Shown one piece after another: positions 24,589 through 37,286 of a stretch of DNA of 64,000 nucleotides (positions are counted from its first letter, which is position 1; each line of letters begins with the position of its first letter). Source of the stretch: Tubiluchus corallicola (Eukaryota; Animalia; Priapulida); the NCBI GenBank assembly GCA_030141605.1, contig JAQGDQ010000157.1, forward strand, positions 385,266 to 449,265, given 5' to 3'. A model generated the notes under the pieces. That model ran no database searches. It was not told where the DNA came from and saw only the letters and a program-made list of their open reading frames with translations. The position numbers and the translations under genes are program-made.

Positions 24589-25491
24589 GTGGGTTTGTAT
24601 CAACTTTCGCCGGATGGTCAAGACGTTGTGCGGCTGTTCCCAGCTACCTCTGAAAACGAAACAAGAGAAGCCAGGCGAAGAGGGCACGAAAGAGGGGGCA
24701 GTTCCTCCTCTGAAGAACAAGTATATGTGATTCCTGTGAAAAACTACGGCAACATGAACGTATATAAGATAGCTCTGAGTGATGTGGAACAAACTGAAGT
24801 CCTTTTTGATGACTCAGACAGCGAATGTGAAGTTGTGAAGTTGAGTCCGACGTCCGACCAAATAAAGTCAGCCGGCAGGTCTGTTCTTGACCACTCTAAC
24901 ATGGGCAGTTTGAAATCAAAGCAAAAGAAAGCTGCATCAGTAAAGGACAGACAACAACCAGACAGGCAACAGTCGATAAAACAGGCGGTGAAAAGTGCCT
25001 TCTTGAACGAGTATCGGTCGGACGAGGACACGCTTACCAGAACTCCGAAAAAGAACAAAAATAAGAAGTATGAGTTCCACCACGAAGCAGCACCGTCAAA
25101 GTGCGGACAAGTTCCGACAGATGAAGGATTGTTTGGTTCACGTCCCATAGAGAAGAAAGCGTCCATCAACAGAGCTGTCCAGGTTGCCGCACTCCTGTCT
25201 CATTCAGCCGAGGACTTACGGCCCAAACGTGACGTATTCCCGGAAGTGCTGCCCAGCGTTTACTACGACCGAATCATACGAAATCGTGACAAGAATCTGA
25301 GACGTGAAAACTGGGACAGGATTTTCCGCAAGTTCACAATACCGGAAGATGCACTGGAGACATTGGACGTGACGTCACTGTCGTCCAATAATTCACACAC
25401 GGACAAAGATTTCATTCCGCCCGCGGCGGAAGCAGACGAGCGACCGAGACACCAACCCGGTCCTGATTTATCGATATGTGCATACATATGA
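24589..25491 (+). CDS. GPCR terminal exon 7 (300-aa low-complexity tail ending SICAYI*)
   Basis: GC/CpG-rich 900-nt open frame (ORF track 24574..25491); acceptor aacaag|GTG in phase 0. Linkage to the upstream exons is inferred from phase continuity. Confidence 0.75.
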   Translation: MGLYQLSPDGQDVVRLFPATSENETREARRRGHERGGSSSSEEQVYVIPVKNYGNMNVYKIALSDVEQTEVLFDDSDSECEVVKLSPTSDQIKSAGRSVLDHSNMGSLKSKQKKAASVKDRQQPDRQQSIKQAVKSAFLNEYRSDEDTLTRTPKKNKNKKYEFHHEAAPSKCGQVPTDEGLFGSRPIEKKASINRAVQVAALLSHSAEDLRPKRDVFPEVLPSVYYDRIIRNRDKNLRRENWDRIFRKFTIPEDALETLDVTSLSSNNSHTDKDFIPPAAEADERPRHQPGPDLSICAYI

Positions 25492-26749
25492 ACTGTAAAT
25501 ACAGATCATTGTAAATTATTTTAAATAAGAATTGTAAGTACATTTTTGGTTTATCATATAATTGTACAGATTAACTTTGTTATGTAATTAGATAAGTGAA
25601 CTTTTTACTACTATTCTACATGAGTTTGAAGCACTGTACGGTGTACGAGAATGTTAAAAATGTGCAAGTTACAAGTTAATGCTATAAAAAATCAACACAT
25701 ACAGCTAAACAGCTTTAGTATCAATGTCAAGCTTCTGCAGTAGAAGCTCCAACATTGTTTGTTGAACAGTATTATTAGTATTTAATACAAAAAATGTTGT
25801 ATAGAACCGTTTCACATAAACGTATTGATAATAATAATTTGAAATGTATAGCCAGTAGACTGTGCATAATTATAACAACTAGCAATGCTTTAGCATTAAC
25901 ACAGCAAATCTAAAACAAATTTAACCAACAGGTTGTTTACGTAAAAATTCAACATACATGTAATAGCATATTTAGTTCAAGCTCTACAATGAGAAGTTTC
26001 AAAATATAATTTTCCTCTTAGCAAACAAGGTAATTTTGCTACCTACTACGCTTGCTTAGAACACTGGACTTCAACTACCAATCATCTGCATTATAGACAT
26101 TATAAACTATTAAAAATGCAAACTGTTTAATCAAAACATGAATATAGTAAAACAAAAAAGCAGAAAAGAAATGAACTAAATTATATTTTGCTGCCATCTA
26201 AAAAGGCAACGTAACCTATTTTAACCTATTTTTAGCAGCAATTTCTCTGCCTTTCCCAATTATTTTTTGGGAAGGTAATAAACATGCACAGAAAGACATT
26301 TGAAAACAGTCACTTAGCTTTTCCTTAATGTTCAACATAAAATAACACCTCTATAGCACATTGTTTGTATTTATATTAATCTATATTCCCTGATTTATTT
26401 TATTTGCAAACATTGGTCCTTGCACTCTTAACTATATAAAGTATGCAAATTTTTAACATAACATTGTTATTGAAAATTCAAGTTTTCACAGTTACAAACA
26501 CCGGGGGAATCATGACATATAAATATGTTGCAGTAGCAGATACTGCAGTATGTTCTATGACATAATGCACACAAATTAAGAAATTTAGTCAGTTAATTCC
26601 TTGAAATTTGCGTAGGTTAAAAGAATATACATTTTTGTAATTTACAAAGCATAAAATGCATGTGATTTCCATTTTTCAGTTTCATTAGATGCCATGCATT
26701 TTAACATGGTTTGTAAAATAGCAATGCTGAGATTGTCCCTTGAAAAAGG

Positions 26750-27022
26750 ACTGTATTAGACTCACGTTAATGTAAAATCAATCAATCGCCTAATCGTTTC
26801 AAAAACATCTAGTATGGCCCGTAGTTCCTGACATACAAGCTACACACGTGTCGTTACACGCTACTTGGTTGCACTGATGTAATGATGTAAACAAAGTGAC
26901 GGCCCACCAACTAGCAGTCAGCTCGTGAAACAACGGACTGTGTCAATAATGTGCGGGACTTTTAACGGTCCAGATTTTGTCCTAAATCCGTAAAAGCGAG
27001 GTTCGGCAAACCGAGAAATGAG
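26750..27022. mobile_element. MITE family C, partial copy
   Basis: Body and right end gcgaggttcggcaaaccgaga shared with 32902 and 35412. Confidence 0.75.
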
Positions 27023-27295
27023 TTTATTTAATTTCATGTTAAATTTTGAACATGGCTTAGTTCTTGATATTTTCTTTTGCTAACTCATGTTCAAGATAGA
27101 GTGTTTAGCTTTACTTCTGTCCAATAAGAAAATTCTCTTCTAAACAATCTTGTTCATCAACTTAAATTCAAATGAACAGCTTCATTTCATCATTACTAAA
27201 TGGTTTGAACCTTGAGAAAGGCCAGAAAATTTCATATGGTTTTGTTTTCCACACGACTTCTCAAGAGATGTCTAGCCCTAAATCGGCATTTAATC

Positions 27296-28052
27296 CAGGG
27301 ATGTTACCGAAACTGAATTTACAAACCGAAACCGAAATTTATGAAACATAGGAAACCGATACCGTAACGAAACCGAACTGAAACATTTTAGCAAAACCAA
27401 CTGCTATTAAAACTGAAAAAGAGAAAATGCTGAAATAAGTAAAATATTTTGTTTTTTCTTTTTCTGTTTATATTTGCTGTGATGCAAAATTACTGATAAA
27501 AAATTCTAATACAAAAAATAACAAGGAAGTTTTGTAGTATAGAACCTCAAGTCTGATGGAGTGGCTTACCTTAGTAAATGTGTTATAATGTTTTTCAATT
27601 AAGTATCCTTAATGACTAATGTTTAAAGATCATAATAATTTCAATAAAAATAAAAAAATTATTTTGTACATATTTTATTGCCTAAACCAAATAAATTCAA
27701 ACATTATATTTCGGTTGATTGGGCCTGGAGACCGCAAAACTTCACAGTCGTCAGCGCTGAAGATATGCCACATTGCCAGCAAAATGCATTACAAACTGCT
27801 ATGTAAACGAAATTTTTGCTTTATTTGAACTTTAGCCAAGATTTTTCAGCAGTTTTTGACATTTTTGAGAAAACAAAAGGTAAATTGGATAAATATTAGT
27901 AAAACCCCCAGAAAACGTTACTGAAAATTAACCAAAATTTCCGCTGCAAAATTTAATAAAGTCTGCCAAAACCGAAACTTAACCAAAAGCGCAATTATCG
28001 GCAAACTGAAACCGAAACGAAAGAAAAAAATTTTGTTTCGGTAACATCCCTG
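27296..28052. mobile_element. hAT MITE downstream of the PGD stop
   Basis: 18-bp perfect TIR CAGGGATGTTACCGAAAC; TSD ATTTAATC / ATTTGATC; subterminal aaccgaaa repeats. Confidence 0.92.
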
Positions 28053-28186
28053 ATTTGATCTACACTTTTTTAACATGGATCTAAATAAAAAAGAATTATT
28101 TAACAAATGTCTGAACAACAGGATGCCACTGTGCACCAACCAAACAGTTTGCTAATGAGAAAATAAAATAGCTTCTTTGTGTTAGT

Positions 28187-28306
28187 CTATGCTTGGTAAG
28201 TTGAGGAAGAAACGCTGCCACCGTGACCAGTCCAGTTCGTGTGGTGAAATGTTCCCGGATTCGCCAGAAGCTCGTATGTATGAGCGCCGAAATAATCACG
28301 CTGAGC
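28187..28306 (-). CDS. PGD: PGD terminal exon
   Basis: AQRDYFGAHTYELL...HTNWTGHGGSVSSSTYQA*. Confidence 0.96.
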   Translation of the reverse strand, partial: AQRDYFGAHTYELLANPGTFHHTNWTGHGGSVSSSTYQA

Positions 28307-28887
28307 CTACAGAACGGAAAGAGACACAGGAATCACAGTTTTGCAGTACTTAGTTGTAGGTTAGTAGAATGCTGAAATAGGCAAATTAACAAGTTGTTAG
28401 CACATTTATAAAACAAATAAATGATAATAAATAAAAAACAATTATGATTTCCTCGCGTGACTTTCGCAGTACCAAAGATCTTGCATGCCTACAATAATTA
28501 CTTGTCTCAAGGTATCGTGTTCATTTTTCTAATTGTCTTTTTATTCTTCCTACTTGATACAAATTAAAGTCCTAGTACATGCCATGTTACTGAAAAATTT
28601 CACTGTGTAACTCATTAGTGCAATGATATACGTATTTTTAATAATGTTTGGTACTCAATAGTTAGGATCCGGCATTCTACAGCACGGTTTACTTAATGTA
28701 GACCCTTGCGGTAGGACGAGAACTTAACCCATAATTAAGGATGATCTGTAAGATGGGACATTACACAGGCAGAGTTACCTCCACCATGTTTAGGTACATA
28801 AACGTCATGATACTGTCAAGGAAACAACTGGGACACTATGCTCAGAAATTTCTTCATTTTAAACCGCAAATGCAAACAGTTTTTTAC

Positions 28888-29110
28888 CTGTGTAAGATTC
28901 GCAGGAAGCCAAGCCGATCGATAACCGTCGTAGAATGACAATGCGGTGCTGAAGCAAGGCGTCGGAATGCCTAAACGCATGGCTTCAGCAACGACTACAC
29001 GCCACGAATCCTGGCAATTGTGAACGGCATTAGTGAAGAAATCATCCAGAAGCAAGTTGGAGAGATTACTGTTCTTGTCGAAGGCAGACTTGATGTTGCC
29101 AAGGAACTTG
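28888..29110 (-). CDS. PGD: PGD exon
   Basis: KFLGNIKSAF...GIPTPCFSTALSFYDGYRSAWLPANLTQ. Confidence 0.95.
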
Positions 29111-29305
29111 CTAAATAAGAAGTAAATAATACGGAGATGCTGATGGAATAAACACTTTTTTTAAATAATTGACTCTTGAGGTGGTTGAAAAATAAAATTT
29201 AAGAAAGCATCTTCAAACCTGGATTTGAACTAGGAACTTTTCAGTTACACATCAACAGCCTTAACCAGCAAATACGTTGTGATCTAGAAAAGCACTGATT
29301 CAAAG

Positions 29306-29660
29306 AGCCTTTTCACAGTTCCAGCAATTGATGGTGATCGTGAAAAGGTCAAAGGTTAAGTGTAGCAGTCAACGCATTTGTGTACACTTGACAATGCGTC
29401 GCAGCCCCTGCTTTTGTAATAGTAACAGTTTTTGTAACAGCTAGCCAGAACCTTAGCTTTTCTTGTTACCAAGCAAGATCCCACTAGACTAAAGCATAGT
29501 TAAATAAAGTCAACTTAAATTACTGAACTGATGCAGCAGATGGCTTTGCTTTACACATGTGTCACGTGACGGTTGTAGTTAACACGCACTGCTGTTTTAC
29601 ACTTAACCTTTGACCTACAGCTACTGCGCGTGTGCGCAACGAAACTGGGAAAAGCTTGTT
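29306..29660. mobile_element. MITE family A, copy 5
   Basis: agccttttcacagttccagc...gaaactgggaaaagcttgtt. Confidence 0.85.
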
Positions 29661-29803
29661 TCCCATGGAACTGAATGATTACACAAATAAGGCACAACCA
29701 TTTTTTATACACATCACTCAAACAAAGCTAGCAGTCAACAGGTGAACAATTTTAGTCAAAAAGTCGTGCTGATAAGAAGCCCAACAAACATAACTACAAG
29801 TCC

Positions 29804-30565
29804 AACTTATGTACAAGTCGATGTGCATTTTAAGACCAAAAATTGCATCATTTTATATATTACCCGTGTACAAGTCGACCATAAAATATTAAGATGTTCC
29901 AGAGTAAATGATGTCATCACCTACTGTGTTAGTGTGTAAGATACGTGCAAGTGCCTGGGCCGAGTATATTATACCTACCCGATGTATGTATGTGTGTGTG
30001 TGTGTGTGTGTGCACGCGTGCGTGCGTGTGTATATATTCATGTTGATGGCCCTCAATGCAATCCATGATAATACAGCCTGGCCTTTCATCGCGCATAATT
30101 GTTTGTAATGCCTTTACCTCTAGGATATCGCGGCCAGGATCGCCGTAACATTGCATTCGCTGATTTCTCACTTAAAACTAAAAACCTATACCTGAAACGT
30201 CACAGTTTTATTCAGTAACATCATTGGCGATTTCCATGTTCCGATCAAGTGCTCTGCCGCTAGTTTATTTACTGGTAATATATAAATTTTAACTTAATTT
30301 CACATACATTAAAATAAATTACAGTAATATTTGTTAATTTTGTGAAGTAATGTCAAGAAGTGAACATTCTCTGATGTGAAGTATCACAGTATGTGTGGTC
30401 ATTCAGTCCGCCATATAATGAAGGATTATTTGTTTACATATTCGAATTGTAGACAACTCTTTAGCGACATCTCCCAAAAACATATCGTAAATATAAGTCG
30501 ACCCCAAAAATTTCACATTAAAATCGCCTCCCAAAAATTCGACTTGTACATAAGTATATACGGTA
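29804..30565. mobile_element. Tc1/mariner-pogo-like MITE
   Basis: acttatgtacaagtcga is inverted to tcgacttgtacataagt, ending atatacgg|TA; internal aagtcgacc repeats. Confidence 0.65.
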
Positions 30566-30722
30566 ATAAGTGACGTTCTGCATCTAGAGTCTAGGATAAA
30601 CCACGAGGGGCAGCAACAAAACCGGGTACTTGTAATTATTTTTACATTTTATTAGCAGGAAACAACGAATTGCTAAACCTACAAATGCCAAATGTGTTGG
30701 CATCTAGGAACCAAAGACATAC

Positions 30723-30856
30723 CTTCGAATAATGCAACCTCCACGCCACATGAGGGCGATACCGCCGTAATTCAAATGCCAACCAAACTCTTTAGCTGCT
30801 TCTCGTAACAGCATAAAACCCTGAGCGTAGGAAATGATCTTGGACGCGTATAAAGC
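30723..30856 (-). CDS. PGD: PGD exon
   Basis: [14 protein letters not shown]...[12 protein letters not shown]. Confidence 0.96.
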
Positions 30857-31064
30857 CTGCAAATACGAAGATACACTTTAGCCTTGTTCATGCGAACCAG
30901 AGCAAATGTAAACCAACAATTTGCTTTAACTAAATTAATTCTGTGAATAAGTCGACAATAAATTAAATGAAAAATAGTTTTCACGCAAACTGCAAAATGC
31001 AGAAAGCGTATTTTCACACCGAATATCAATCAATACTAAAAAAACTTCCTAGATTTATGTAATA

Positions 31065-31447
31065 CAGTCACACCTCAGTTGCTGGACCTCACTTTTATGG
31101 ATATCGGAAAAAATCTGGTCCATTAAAAAGTCCCGCATACGGCGGACAGAGTCCGTTATTTCGTGAGCTGACCACGAGTGCAGCTTACATGTCAACGTGC
31201 TTAAGTGGTTTAATTAGGGAGTGTAAGTGGCTTACTATCAATTACGAGGAGTTATTTGAGTCAACTGCCGACAGTTCTTATATCCTTTTGCATAGGAGTG
31301 GTTTGTACTAGACGTTTTTGAGACAATTACGCGATTGATTCTACATTACCATGAATCCAATACGGAGGCGTCTACTGCATTAGCTTAGTATCGGCAAATT
31401 CATAACGACGTCTCCCCGCTTTTGTCCAGCAAACCAAGATAGGAGTG
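31065..31447. mobile_element. MITE family C (reverse orientation)
   Basis: TA-flanked; ends cagcaaaccaagataggagtg|TA; body is the reverse complement of the other copies. Confidence 0.8.
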
Positions 31448-31749
31448 TATTGATTTAATTTATAAGAGAACATTAGTAAAGCAGATCAGTAAAAGGTCAA
31501 TTGAAAAGGTCAACTGAAACTGGTCAAATGAAGTTTTGTTACTAACAAATTTCTTACAAACATATTAACACAAAACAGACCGTTTGCCCGGTAGTAAGCA
31601 ATTAAAAAGTTTGCAAATATTTTGATTTAATATGAAAGCATAAGCAATAAAACCAATTTAGCATTTAAAATGCAAACAAATTAAAAATCACAAGTGTAAT
31701 GAACCAAAGAAAACCTTGCCAGCTGTCATTAGTCTTTAGGAATACCTAC

Positions 31750-31880
31750 CTTTCTAACGTGGTCAACGAAACTGGCTTTGTCACCGGTAAACCGAGCGTT
31801 TGTTGGTCCATGGAGTTTACTGCTAGCTGCAACACGTTCTTCCTTCAGCGAGGACAGGCAGCGAGCAAATACAGATTCAC
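31750..31880 (-). CDS. PGD: PGD exon
   Basis: [20 protein letters not shown]...HVRK. Confidence 0.94.
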
Positions 31881-32102
31881 CTGATACATTACAGAGTGGT
31901 ATTAGTACTATACATCGTGTCGTAAAATCACTTAAAATATGCCTGAACCTAATCGTTCACTACTAGTCCAAATAAATTTGGTCAACACACACTCGTTTCT
32001 GGCACCATGTACTGAGAAAGGATTCTTTTTAAGAAAAAGTTGTTTTTGCTAGTGCTGCATGTCGAAAACATGAATACCACATTTGTCATGTGGGATGTTA
32101 TG

Positions 32103-32563
32103 ACTGATTGGTCTTATGTGTATGAAATGTACATATTTCCTGGGATGGACTGTTTAAAAAACAGAAGCACTGACTGGTCTTACGTGTTAGAAATGTACAT
32201 ATTTCCTGGGACAGACTGCTTAAAACACAGAAGCACTGACTGGTCTTATGTGTTAGAAATGTACATATTTCCTGGGACAGACTTAAAACACAGAAGCACT
32301 GACTGGTCTTACGTGTTAGAAATGTACATATTTCCTGGGACAGACTGCTTAAAACACAGAAGCACTGGTTGGTCTTTTGTGTTTGAAATGTACATATTTC
32401 CTGAGATGGACTGCTTAAAACACAGATGCACGGGTTGGCCTTTTGTGCTTGAAATGTACATATTTCCTGGGACGGGACTTGTTAAAACACAGATGCACTG
32501 ATTGATCTTATGTGTATGAAATGTACATATTTCCTGGGATGGACTGCTTAAAACACAGATGCA
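32103..32563. repeat. Minisatellite, ~66-bp unit x7
   Basis: Unit starts at 32103, 32169, 32235, 32298, 32364, 32430 and 32497. Confidence 0.95.
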
Positions 32564-32901
32564 CAGCAGGTACAGTGTGCTTATGACATAATGTGAAATA
32601 ACTCAAGCTGGAAAATAAGACAGTGCTCTTCTGGGACTCGCCATGGTCCTAACTATGAAAGAAGTCAAAATGCCATTTAAGTCTCTAAAAATTATTTATT
32701 TTTTCTTTTAGAAGCTTCTGTTCCTCACAGACCTCATTAACTGAACAGATAGATACAATACTAAAAATTACAGATAAAATTACATGTTAACAAAAAATAT
32801 ACAGTGTCATTAAAATACAAGATACAAAAATTGATAAAGAAGCTGTATTGATGATAGTTGAGTTCAGGTGCATTAAGTTTAATTTTCATTTCTCAATCGT
32901 T

Positions 32902-33322
32902 CACTCGTATCTCGGTTTGCGGACAAAAGTGGAGAGACGTCGGTCCAAATTCCCGATTCTCCATCTTTACTGTTACTAAACTAATACAGTAGGTGCCGTG
33001 TATTAGACTCATGGTAATGGAGAATCAATCACCTAATTGTCTCAAAAACATCTAGTACAGGCCGCTCCTATGCAAAGTATATAAAAACTGTCGGCAATTA
33101 ACTCAAATAACTCCACATAATTGATTCTATATTTTTGTACATAGAGATATACACATTTTTACACTGATGTACATGACGTAAACAAAGTGACGGCCCGCCA
33201 ACAAGAGGTCAGCTTGTGAAATAACGAAGTGTCCGTATTATGCGGGACTATTATCGGACCAAATTTTGTCCGAATTTTCTGATATCTGTAAAAGCGAGGT
33301 CCAGCAAACCGAGATATGAATG
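32902..33322. mobile_element. MITE family C
   Basis: TIR cactcgtatctcggtttgc / gcaaaccgagatatgaatg. Confidence 0.85.
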
Positions 33323-33587
33323 TACCTTTATTTTATATGTAATTTCACCTTATATTTATTAATGTATCTCTCTGCAGAGCTGACGAAGTCTGTGAGGGAA
33401 AGAGGCTTCTGGCAGAAAAAAAACAAGAATTTCTTTGAATAACTCAGTTTAGTACTAATTTTATTTTTGTTTATTTCGTGAACAAACAAATACAGTTTAA
33501 CCGTTATCAAGTTCCTACAGAAAAACTGCCTGTATGAAAACTACATGCCTGTATTTAGCTAAACATCAAGTCAGCAAGTAGACTCAC

Positions 33588-33777
33588 CTATAAGTGTAAC
33601 TGGTTGACCATACTGTAAAGCTGCAATAGCTGTCCACTTTCCTGTCCCTTTTTGACCGGCAGAGTCGCGAATCTTATCGAGCAAGTGAGAGCCATCAGCG
33701 TCACGGAATTTCAATATGTCCCGCGTAATTTCGATCAAGAACGAATCCAGTTCTCCCTTGTTCCAATTATCAAACAC
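33588..33777 (-). CDS. PGD: PGD exon (6PGD signature)
   Basis: KIRDSAGQKGTGKWT signature. Confidence 0.96.
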
Positions 33778-34282
33778 CTGTCAATTTTTCAATGTTTGTT
33801 TACAAAGCTCAAAGGATTGACAGGAAAATGACAACATAACAGAAAAACTTTATGGCTCCAAAAAGAAATGCTATTCTAAATGAAAGACAGAAAAAATAAA
33901 CTCACTACGTAGTTGCTTTTTAACTGGGCCGCATTGATTTTTATAAATTTGATGATAATTTCTTGAGATGTGTTACTAAAACGGCATCTTGTAAATAAAC
34001 AAACAGTTGTTTGTTATTAAACGTTAATGTTGTATGTTAGTTTTATTCAACATACGCACACGTGTACACATGCACACACTCACGCATGCACGCATGCCAA
34101 TGCACACAAGTGAGTACTTCTGTTTAAAAACCAATTTTCACACGAGTCATAAAATGTAATCATTTTATAAGAAATGCAGAAAAAGTCACCAAACATACAT
34201 TTCAGCACCCACCAGCAAGTGATTTTGAATGTACCGTACAGTAAAGTACTGTGGAATACATGTGCCTTCTATAGTGTAAGGG

Positions 34283-34931
34283 TTAAAGGACAAGAAAAGG
34301 AGTACCTGAAGTAGGTTTCAGAAAAATCGCCTTAAAAATTATATTGCTTTATAGCAATTTTATGCATATATCAAACTCGTGTTAAAAGGAATTTTTGATT
34401 GTTTTTCTTTTAAATCTTCAACAATACTGTTCCGAAGTCGCCATTATGACATCACCTACACACAAGGTAAATTAGGGGAAGAAAACGCAATGTTAAATTA
34501 ATGTCATAAAAAAACTTTCCCTGCAAATCTATATTACTTAGCATTTCGCTTACCCGTTTCTAAAGACATGTAACTAGAAATAATAATTTAAATTGTTCGT
34601 GCCAATTGGTGCACCACTCAATTTAAAATTTAAAATTTTACTTAGTTAGTGATGTGTGTGCTAAGAATGCTTTGATTATTTTTTCAAACTTTACTCAGTG
34701 TTATCTAAACTTGTTTCAAATGACTTATCGTCAAAATGGCTGCGTCTAATGGTCATTGCGGAAGTTTAAATTCATAGGTTTTACACAGTGTTACTGCCGA
34801 CGCAATCCCTGCATGCAAAAAGACAGCATGTAAGTGGTATAAATTTCAGGACGAATTTTTTAAGCTTTATGTAATTGGAGGGTTTTCTTGTGTTTCAAGC
34901 AATTTTTAGACATCCTGGCTTCCTTTTTTAA
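34283..34931. mobile_element. Repeat family B, copy 4
   Basis: Starts TTAAaggacaagaaaag and ends near a TTAA at 34928-34931. Confidence 0.85.
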
Positions 34932-35135
34932 AGTTAGCAAGGCAATGTATGGCTCCTAAAGCTTGAAAGACCTTAGGCTGGAGCCTATACTAGCTTATAG
35001 GATAAACCAGCCCTGTGTGCAATTAAAAGCTGCTTCAAAATCACAAATTCTTGACTTCTAGGGTCAAATTTATCCAAACATACATGTATGCATCAATATT
35101 TTTCTACTAGATCAGTGCACGTACTGACTAGCTAC

Positions 35136-35270
35136 CTGACTCATTTCATCATTGCTAAGTCCAAGTGCTGATTTCATAAAGTGGTATGCCTCACATATGA
35201 GCTGCATGTCACCGTACTCGATGCCGTTGTGCACCATTTTGACGAAATGTCCAGCACCATCCTCACCAAC
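35136..35270 (-). CDS. PGD: PGD exon (catalytic Lys/Glu)
   Basis: [29 protein letters not shown]. Confidence 0.96.
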
Positions 35271-35411
35271 CTTAAAATAAAAAATAATCTAAAAAACTGT
35301 ATCTTACTGCAAGTTACCCAAGAAGAAGTAAAGAGCACAGTGTTTAAATAGATTTGATGATGACGATCACCCACCTGTTTGCAATGACACGCTATGTTAT
35401 TTTTGTAATTA

Positions 35412-35698
35412 CACTCATATCTCGGTTTGCCAGACAAAAGCGCGGAGACTTCGATCCGAATTTGCCGATTGTCAGTATTTACCGATACAAAGCTAATACA
35501 GTAGGTGCCATGTATTAGACACATGGCAATGTAGAATCGAATTGTCTCAAAAATGTCTAGTATGGGCCTGCAAAAGTATATATAAGCTGTCGGCAATTGA
35601 CACTGAGTCCCTAGTGTGCAAGATTTATAAAGGTCCAGATTTTGTCCGATTTTTCACATACCTGTAAAAGCGAGGTTCGGCAAACCGAGATACGAGTG
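35412..35698. mobile_element. MITE family C (Tc1/mariner-pogo type), internally deleted
   Basis: 20-bp TIR CACTCATATCTCGGTTTGCC / GGCAAACCGAGATACGAGTG with a TA TSD. Confidence 0.9.
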
Positions 35699-35799
35699 TA
35701 CTGTATATCTTTAGGGTTTAATTATGGTATGTTAATAACTCTTGCAGCAAAGTTAGTAACACTTGCAACTAAAATATTAGAAATGATTCGATATCATAC

Positions 35800-35866
35800 C
35801 CAATCACAGCAAGGATCACTGCCAACCTTTGCAGCAATCGCTTGAAAAATTGGTTTAATGTGAGGC
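35800..35866 (-). CDS. PGD: PGD exon
   Basis: (W)PHIKPIFQAIAAKVGSDPCCDW; phases match both neighbours. Confidence 0.93.
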
Positions 35867-36247
35867 CTGGAAAGGAAAAACAGTTAACCAGAAGAACAAT
35901 TAACATGTAAACTATTATTGCAGCATTAATGAGACATTTTTTAACGAATAATTTGTTAGTGAAACAAGTTTTTAGTGAAACAAGGTTTCAATGGCACAGT
36001 AACTTGGCTTGATAAAAGACTGTACCATCGGTGGGCATAAATTTCTTTTATCGTGTAAACCGATGAATCTGAACTTACATGTGTAGCACCCACAAGTGCA
36101 ACCTATGTCTTTCATCGTGTCACTTTTGTCATTGTAAAGCAACTTTTTCTTTCTTCTTTTTAAGAAATACCCACCTGAACATTTTTTCTTTGAACTTTCA
36201 CGAACCAGTGAAAAGACTTTTCAATCAGCAGTTAAAACACTTAGAAA

Positions 36248-36795
36248 CAGTGGCGGCTCATGTATAGGTACTGTGGAACTGCAGCACCCCCAATTTTCAC
36301 TCAATATTATCGATAATATTCAAAATAATGTCTTTTTTCTTTAGTTATTTCTTTATCCTTGTACAGAACCAGATCTCATGTGGGTAGTACTGTTTGCTTC
36401 ACAGCCCAGCACAGTGGTGTGTTTGGCTGTTGTGTGCATGCGGACATGCACACATCTGAGATAACACATTGTACACTGCACTGCCTGCGTCTGCTGCTAG
36501 ATAAAGAAAGTGCTGTCGCTCACACAGTTTGTTGTCAGTTGTCACGTGCTTGAAAACCGTGTACCTGCATATTCTTGAACTGCGGCAATTTAGGTCATTA
36601 GTAAGCAAAAAATTTTTTGTTTAACAATTTATAAAGTTCATGTATAAATTTTTGTATATTTGTTTGATTAAAATTAAAATTACAAATTACACATTAAAAT
36701 TACATATGTTTGTTTTATTTTACACAGCATTAAAACAATGGCTAAAAATTTTCTGAAGCAGCACCTCCAATAATTTAAACTGCGAGCCGCCACTG
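36248..36795. mobile_element. hAT-like MITE family G, copy 1
   Basis: TIR CAGTGGCGGCTC / GAGCCGCCACTG; perfect 8-bp TSD CTTAGAAA. Confidence 0.93.
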
Positions 36796-37101
36796 CTTAG
36801 AAATATGTGACAAAAAGTTTTTTGTGTGGATACGTCATTAAAATTATAAATATCTTAAAGTAGAAAGTAATGGAAGAGATAATGTTGAGCGACCGAGTAA
36901 CTCGTGACGCTGCGTTGGCATACAACAAAAAATTGCAATGCATATGTAAGGTATTAATCTGCCTGTATTGTGAAAAATTGCTTACTTTCACTAATAGAGA
37001 AAACAAATCTGTAGCAATTAATTAACACCAACACATTATTTAAACACATTTTGATATTACAGTCACCTGGTTTGGTAGTCATAACAATCAAGTTAGCATA
37101 C

Positions 37102-37286
37102 CAAGCCTCCGGCGCTCCGCCAGGCATCAAAGATGGTCCATATCTCGCTCCGTCCTCTCCTCCACTCACTCCGGTGCCGACGTACAAAATGCCTTTGGAA
37201 TCCAAGTCCTTGTAGCGTCGCTGAGTGTCAGTGTACTCGGAATTTCCCCCATCTATTATTATGTCACCCCTCTCTAAAAGAGGCAC
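37102..37286 (-). CDS. PGD: PGD exon
   Basis: [12 protein letters not shown]...[19 protein letters not shown]. Confidence 0.96.

Noticed and set aside
28100-28189. Peroxisomal PGD via stop read-through (in-frame SKL after the TAG)
   Set aside because: SKL is internal to the extension, which ends ...SDIC*, and the TAG-A context is not a known leaky stop.
29217-29270. tRNA gene on the minus strand (also the SINE heads at 18290-18349 and 56919-56985)
   Set aside because: A/B-box-like motifs only, with no intact cloverleaf; decayed SINE heads.
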